Part shown: positions 60,367 through 64,000 of the stretch, one piece after another
How positions within the stretch are numbered: position 1 is the first letter of the stretch
Layout: each line of letters starts with the position of its first letter
Origin: a bacterium
GTDB taxonomy: Bacteria > Electryoneota > Electryoneia > Electryoneales > Electryoneaceae
Length of the DNA: 64,000 nucleotides
Reading direction: 5' to 3'
NCBI GenBank assembly: GCA_963669175.1
Contig: OY769902.1
Location: forward strand, 4,896,001 to 4,960,000
Position numbers and translations under genes: made by a program
The notes under the pieces: generated by a model
Told to the model about the DNA's origin: nothing
What the model saw: the letters and a program-made list of their open reading frames with translations, nothing else
Databases searched by the model: none

Positions 60367-61878
60367 CTACTCTCCTTTCCCCTGGCTTTCCAACAATTCC
60401 ACCACCGGCGGTTGCTTGCAGATATAGTCCAACAACTCTTGCGCGAAATCATCATGTAAGTGAATCTGATCCGGGACAACCTGCTGATGGTTCAGGTATT
60501 GCAGAATCAGCGCATCATGCTCACGCAGTGCATTGGGCAGTACCCCGGCAAAGAAGAACCCCCACGACTCACAAACCTCACAAACACGTGGTGTCATGGG
60601 ATTCGCCATGTCCAGATACAGGTAGATAACGTCCTGTTTTTCCAGCAAACAGTGCTTCCAGCGGCTTCGTAAGTTACTTTCCCAATTCTCCCCGATCTCT
60701 TCCACAAAGATCTCGTTATAATTCATCTCTTTCTGGAATGAGCTTCGCATAACCGTGTCTGCCCCGGCATCCGGTATAACATCAGTGTTCGACACAATCT
60801 GGCCGGAGAAACCAAATTGTCCCATGATTCGTTGCACCATTTCCTGATGCTGCTCAGGCACATACAGGGTTTCACGTTCTGAAGGAATGAGCAGGATATG
60901 CATAACAAGGTTTGCAAGACGCAGATCTGTATTTTCACCTATTCCTATGAACTTATCGTTGGTTCTAAGTTTCGCCAGCAACAGGGCACAATTTTTCAAG
61001 CCGAAGAAAGAACCTGCTTTTTGTGAAAAGACATGATTAGTTACGGCATGAACAAATAAACCCATCAAGTTGTTCTCTTTTGCAACGTCAAATACCAGCG
61101 CGTGCATACGTTTAAACACCCCACCGCCACGATACTCGGGATTCACAAACCCGACCCCCATCTCAGCGACGCTGGCGCCAACTACGGGAACCTTGATTCC
61201 CAGATGTCCAAGTAACTCGTCATTCGGCAGAACAGCAACAACAGAATGAAGCAGGCCAGCACGATTCATCTGGATAATGCGCTCCGGATAGTAGATGAAC
61301 ATTTCATATCCGTACCCGTAGGCACGATAAGCGCAACGCGCGATTTCATAGGCGTCCTGTTCCTCAATAATCCGAACCGCATATTCTTCCGGAACAGGCT
61401 TTGGTTCTGACGCGGGTGTCTTCTGCTCCTCCTCTTCAGGTTCATCGGCACGATACATATCACCATGTTTCACCAGGATTGTCAGGTTTCCTTCTTTTCC
61501 CAGGTGAAAATAGGAAAGATCATCCAATGAGCGTTGCGCCAGGTACGAGCCCAGGCCATCCAGTCTGCCCTCCATGGCCTGTTCCGGGGAGTAATCCGGA
61601 ATTCTTTCCGGATCAAAGGGTATCCCCTTGTCCCGAATCATAATCTCAACGCCAGAGAGCAACCTTTCGCAGGAAATTTCAATTCGTTCCTTCGGATCCT
61701 CACTCAACCCATGGACAATGGTATTTACCAGGATTTCTTCAAACGCCAGTTGCAGGTCATTTAACTCGGCATCATCCAGGCCAACATCATCGCCAACACT
61801 GCGAATAAAATCAGCAGCCGGATTCAAGAATCGAAGAGATGCCGGGATTTCTATTCTGGCTAACATGGATTCAGGCAT
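60367..61878 (-). CDS. RsbW-like anti-sigma-factor HATPase fused to GNAT-like acetyltransferase domain(s)
   Basis: LAFEEILVNTIVHG, IRDKGIPFDP, GLGSYL (HATPase_c_2); later VNPEYRGGGVF acetyl-CoA-binding motif. Confidence 0.85.
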   Translation of the reverse strand: MPESMLARIEIPASLRFLNPAADFIRSVGDDVGLDDAELNDLQLAFEEILVNTIVHGLSEDPKERIEISCERLLSGVEIMIRDKGIPFDPERIPDYSPEQAMEGRLDGLGSYLAQRSLDDLSYFHLGKEGNLTILVKHGDMYRADEPEEEEQKTPASEPKPVPEEYAVRIIEEQDAYEIARCAYRAYGYGYEMFIYYPERIIQMNRAGLLHSVVAVLPNDELLGHLGIKVPVVGASVAEMGVGFVNPEYRGGGVFKRMHALVFDVAKENNLMGLFVHAVTNHVFSQKAGSFFGLKNCALLLAKLRTNDKFIGIGENTDLRLANLVMHILLIPSERETLYVPEQHQEMVQRIMGQFGFSGQIVSNTDVIPDAGADTVMRSSFQKEMNYNEIFVEEIGENWESNLRSRWKHCLLEKQDVIYLYLDMANPMTPRVCEVCESWGFFFAGVLPNALREHDALILQYLNHQQVVPDQIHLHDDFAQELLDYICKQPPVVELLESQGKGE

Positions 61879-62139
61879 GGTTCCTCACCAGATTGGAGTT
61901 CGTTTGGTACGAGTGAAAATGAGAACGATGTTGTTTGCAGAGTGCTTGAATCGTTCTATCAGGTAGACGCCGCTTCTCTTTCTGTGCTGAGTGAGCAATG
62001 TAGTATCATCGGACATTCAATGCGAGTACGATTAATTGACACATTCTGATCTCGTGCCAGCTTTAGAACACCGTGCATTCTTCGTATATTGATTTTCCGG
62101 AGCCGATAACTGCCCTGCAACCAGGGTAAGGAGTGACGT

Positions 62140-63252
62140 ATGCGTGTGCCGGTTCTCTTGTTTTCTTTCCTTTTTGCTTCCATTGCCTGCGGACAGAACC
62201 TTTTACATCAACCGGAGAGTATTGTTTACGATCCGGATGGTCAGCGGCATATCGTGTCAAATTATGAGACCGGCGACCTGGTACAAATCGATTCCGATGG
62301 CAACCAGAGTTACTTCTCCCAGTTGCTGACCGGACAAGCCATCGTTGGAATCAATCTTCAGGAAGGATTTCTGTACGTTGCCTGCAATGGTGGTGATTCT
62401 GCCGGGGTGGTTGTCTTCGATGTTGCTTCCGACAGCTATTCACGTCGCCTCATCGCCCCCGGACAAAACCTATTGAACGACATCGCATTTGATACCAGCG
62501 GCTATATTTACGTGACTGACTATTGGGACAGTAAGATTTATTACGGTCGTGTTGAAACCGACACCTTGCAGATCCTTTTCGACGAGAACCTGGATAATCC
62601 CAACGGCATCTGTTTCGACGCTGCGAATAATCGTTTACTTACCGTCGCGGTGGCGGGTGATGGTGGGCCGATTCTTGCCATCAATCCTGTGGATTCTTCA
62701 TTCTCGGTTGGCGGCTACACCGGGTTGAACGGTATGGATGGAATCGCGATTGACGATAGCGGGTATGTGTATGTTTCCAACTGGACCACGGATTCCATTT
62801 TCCGAATACCACCCAACCTTGGCGGAATACCTGTGGCCTGGTCCGATGGCCATACTGATCCGGCAGACATTTATATCGATTCCTGGAACAACTTGATGTG
62901 TGTGCCCAATTTCAGTGACAACAGTGTCGATTTTGTGCCGATGAATGAGGTTGCTGTGCAATCAACAAACGATCATCTGCTGCCGGTCTTGGCCATCCTG
63001 TATCCCTGCTATCCCAACCCGTTCAATTCAACCACGACCCTGTCTTTCGAGCTTGCCAACCCCATGAGCATTGAGCTGGCGATATTTGATACAAGCGGCA
63101 GACTCGTTCAAACACTGGCACAAAACCAGTCCTACACAGCCGGAAGACATGAGCTGAACTGGGACGCCTCCCAGGTAGCCAGTGGTTTGTATATCGCAAG
63201 GTTACAAACACCTTCCTGGAAACAGACTGTGAAGTTGCAGTTGGTGAAATAG
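62140..63252 (+). CDS. Secreted SMP-30/gluconolactonase-like beta-propeller with T9SS type A-like CTD
   Basis: PESIVYD, LNDIAFD..IYVTD, PNGI, DGIAID, PADI; CYPNPFNS..IFDTSGR..ASGLY..LVK. Confidence 0.88.
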   Translation: MRVPVLLFSFLFASIACGQNLLHQPESIVYDPDGQRHIVSNYETGDLVQIDSDGNQSYFSQLLTGQAIVGINLQEGFLYVACNGGDSAGVVVFDVASDSYSRRLIAPGQNLLNDIAFDTSGYIYVTDYWDSKIYYGRVETDTLQILFDENLDNPNGICFDAANNRLLTVAVAGDGGPILAINPVDSSFSVGGYTGLNGMDGIAIDDSGYVYVSNWTTDSIFRIPPNLGGIPVAWSDGHTDPADIYIDSWNNLMCVPNFSDNSVDFVPMNEVAVQSTNDHLLPVLAILYPCYPNPFNSTTTLSFELANPMSIELAIFDTSGRLVQTLAQNQSYTAGRHELNWDASQVASGLYIARLQTPSWKQTVKLQLVK

Positions 63253-63276
63253 CAACTTGCAAGTGGATCACCAGTA

Positions 63277-63318
63277 CGAAAACAGGGACTGGCCCAAAGG
63301 ATCAGTCCCTGTTTTTCG
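63277..63318. terminator. Bidirectional terminator between convergent genes
   Basis: GAAAACAGGGACTG...CAGTCCCTGTTTTTC. Confidence 0.7.
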
Positions 63319-63339
63319 CAGAATAGAACTTTCTGATAT

Positions 63340-64000
63340 CTATTCCCACTCTCGTGGGCTGAATTTGCTGGTTTCCGATAGTTTCTCCAGCAATTCGGTT
63401 TCTTTCTTCGACAATTTCTTAGGCACCTCGATTTTCAATTCGACAATAAGATCCCCACGGCTGCCATCTTTCTTCGGCAAGCCCAGGCCGCCCATCTTCA
63501 GACGGCACCCGTTTGGGGAACCCGGCTTTACAGTCAAACGTACGTGCCCGTCAAGCGTGGGAATCTTGATCTTCGCACCCAGCGCCGCTTCCCAGGGCGA
63601 TACCGGGGCTGTCATGGTCAGGTCAAAACCATCCGGTTCGAAGTACTTGTGCTTCGCAAACCGCACCTTGAGGAACAGGTCGCCTTTTCTGCCGCCCGGT
63701 CCCATGACCAGCCCTTTGCCCGGCATACGTATTTTCGAACCATTCTTGATCCCCTTGGGAATCTTCAGGTCAATGGTCTGCGTAGAGGTGCTGCCATCCG
63801 GATTCTGCCCCTGCAATGTGATCTGACGACTGACTGCATACATCACTTCTTCCAGCGTCAGCTCAATCTCGGCTTCGCTATCCGACGCTTTCTGCGTTTG
63901 ACGCGCCTGACGTCCACGCCCGCCACCCATGCCCGGGCCACCGAAATCGAAGTGGACATTGCGTCCCCCACGACCGCCGTTACCTGTAGCATTGAAACCG
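63340..64000 (-). CDS. DnaJ-class (CbpA-like) co-chaperone, C-terminal part; 5' end beyond window
   Basis: G/F-rich linker open to the window edge, LTLEE, KIPKG..G.KIR..GKG, PWEAALGAKIKIPTLDG; no zinc finger. Confidence 0.9.
   Translation of the reverse strand, partial: GFNATGNGGRGGRNVHFDFGGPGMGGGRGRQARQTQKASDSEAEIELTLEEVMYAVSRQITLQGQNPDGSTSTQTIDLKIPKGIKNGSKIRMPGKGLVMGPGGRKGDLFLKVRFAKHKYFEPDGFDLTMTAPVSPWEAALGAKIKIPTLDGHVRLTVKPGSPNGCRLKMGGLGLPKKDGSRGDLIVELKIEVPKKLSKKETELLEKLSETSKFSPREWE

Overview
Bacterial chromosomal window (standard genetic code, roughly 50% GC by eye). It probably comes from an anaerobic FCB-superphylum lineage; this is inferred from seven YP(N/S)PFN-type C-terminal sorting-domain proteins, a GWxTD protein, a group II GGGP synthase and a Fibrobacter-type LexA box. 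The housekeeping backbone is thpR-recA-recX, alaS, GGGPS, ppdK, nth, hemA, smc, clpB and a CbpA-like J protein. Other genes include a four-gene Hmc/Tmc-like redox operon whose NrfD/HybB subunit is fused to a hexaheme cytochrome c, a TonB-dependent receptor, ABC components, a 6-PAS hybrid kinase and an RsbW-GNAT fusion. A tandem Myb/SANT-like HTH repeat gene at the left edge is missing from the ORF track. The intergenic DNA is unusually rich in repeats: several REP-like palindrome families, a ~283-bp dispersed element, and 7/8/9-mer arrays. The best candidate for a new system is 22.1-25.0 kb. There a REP-associated HUH tyrosine transposase (RAYT) sits in a cassette-like array bounded by one REP family, with a macro-domain gene and an AT-rich FRG-domain gene as cargo. 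The same REP family also brackets a secreted-protein gene at 9-11.4 kb. All calls come from reading the sequence by eye; no database searches were run.
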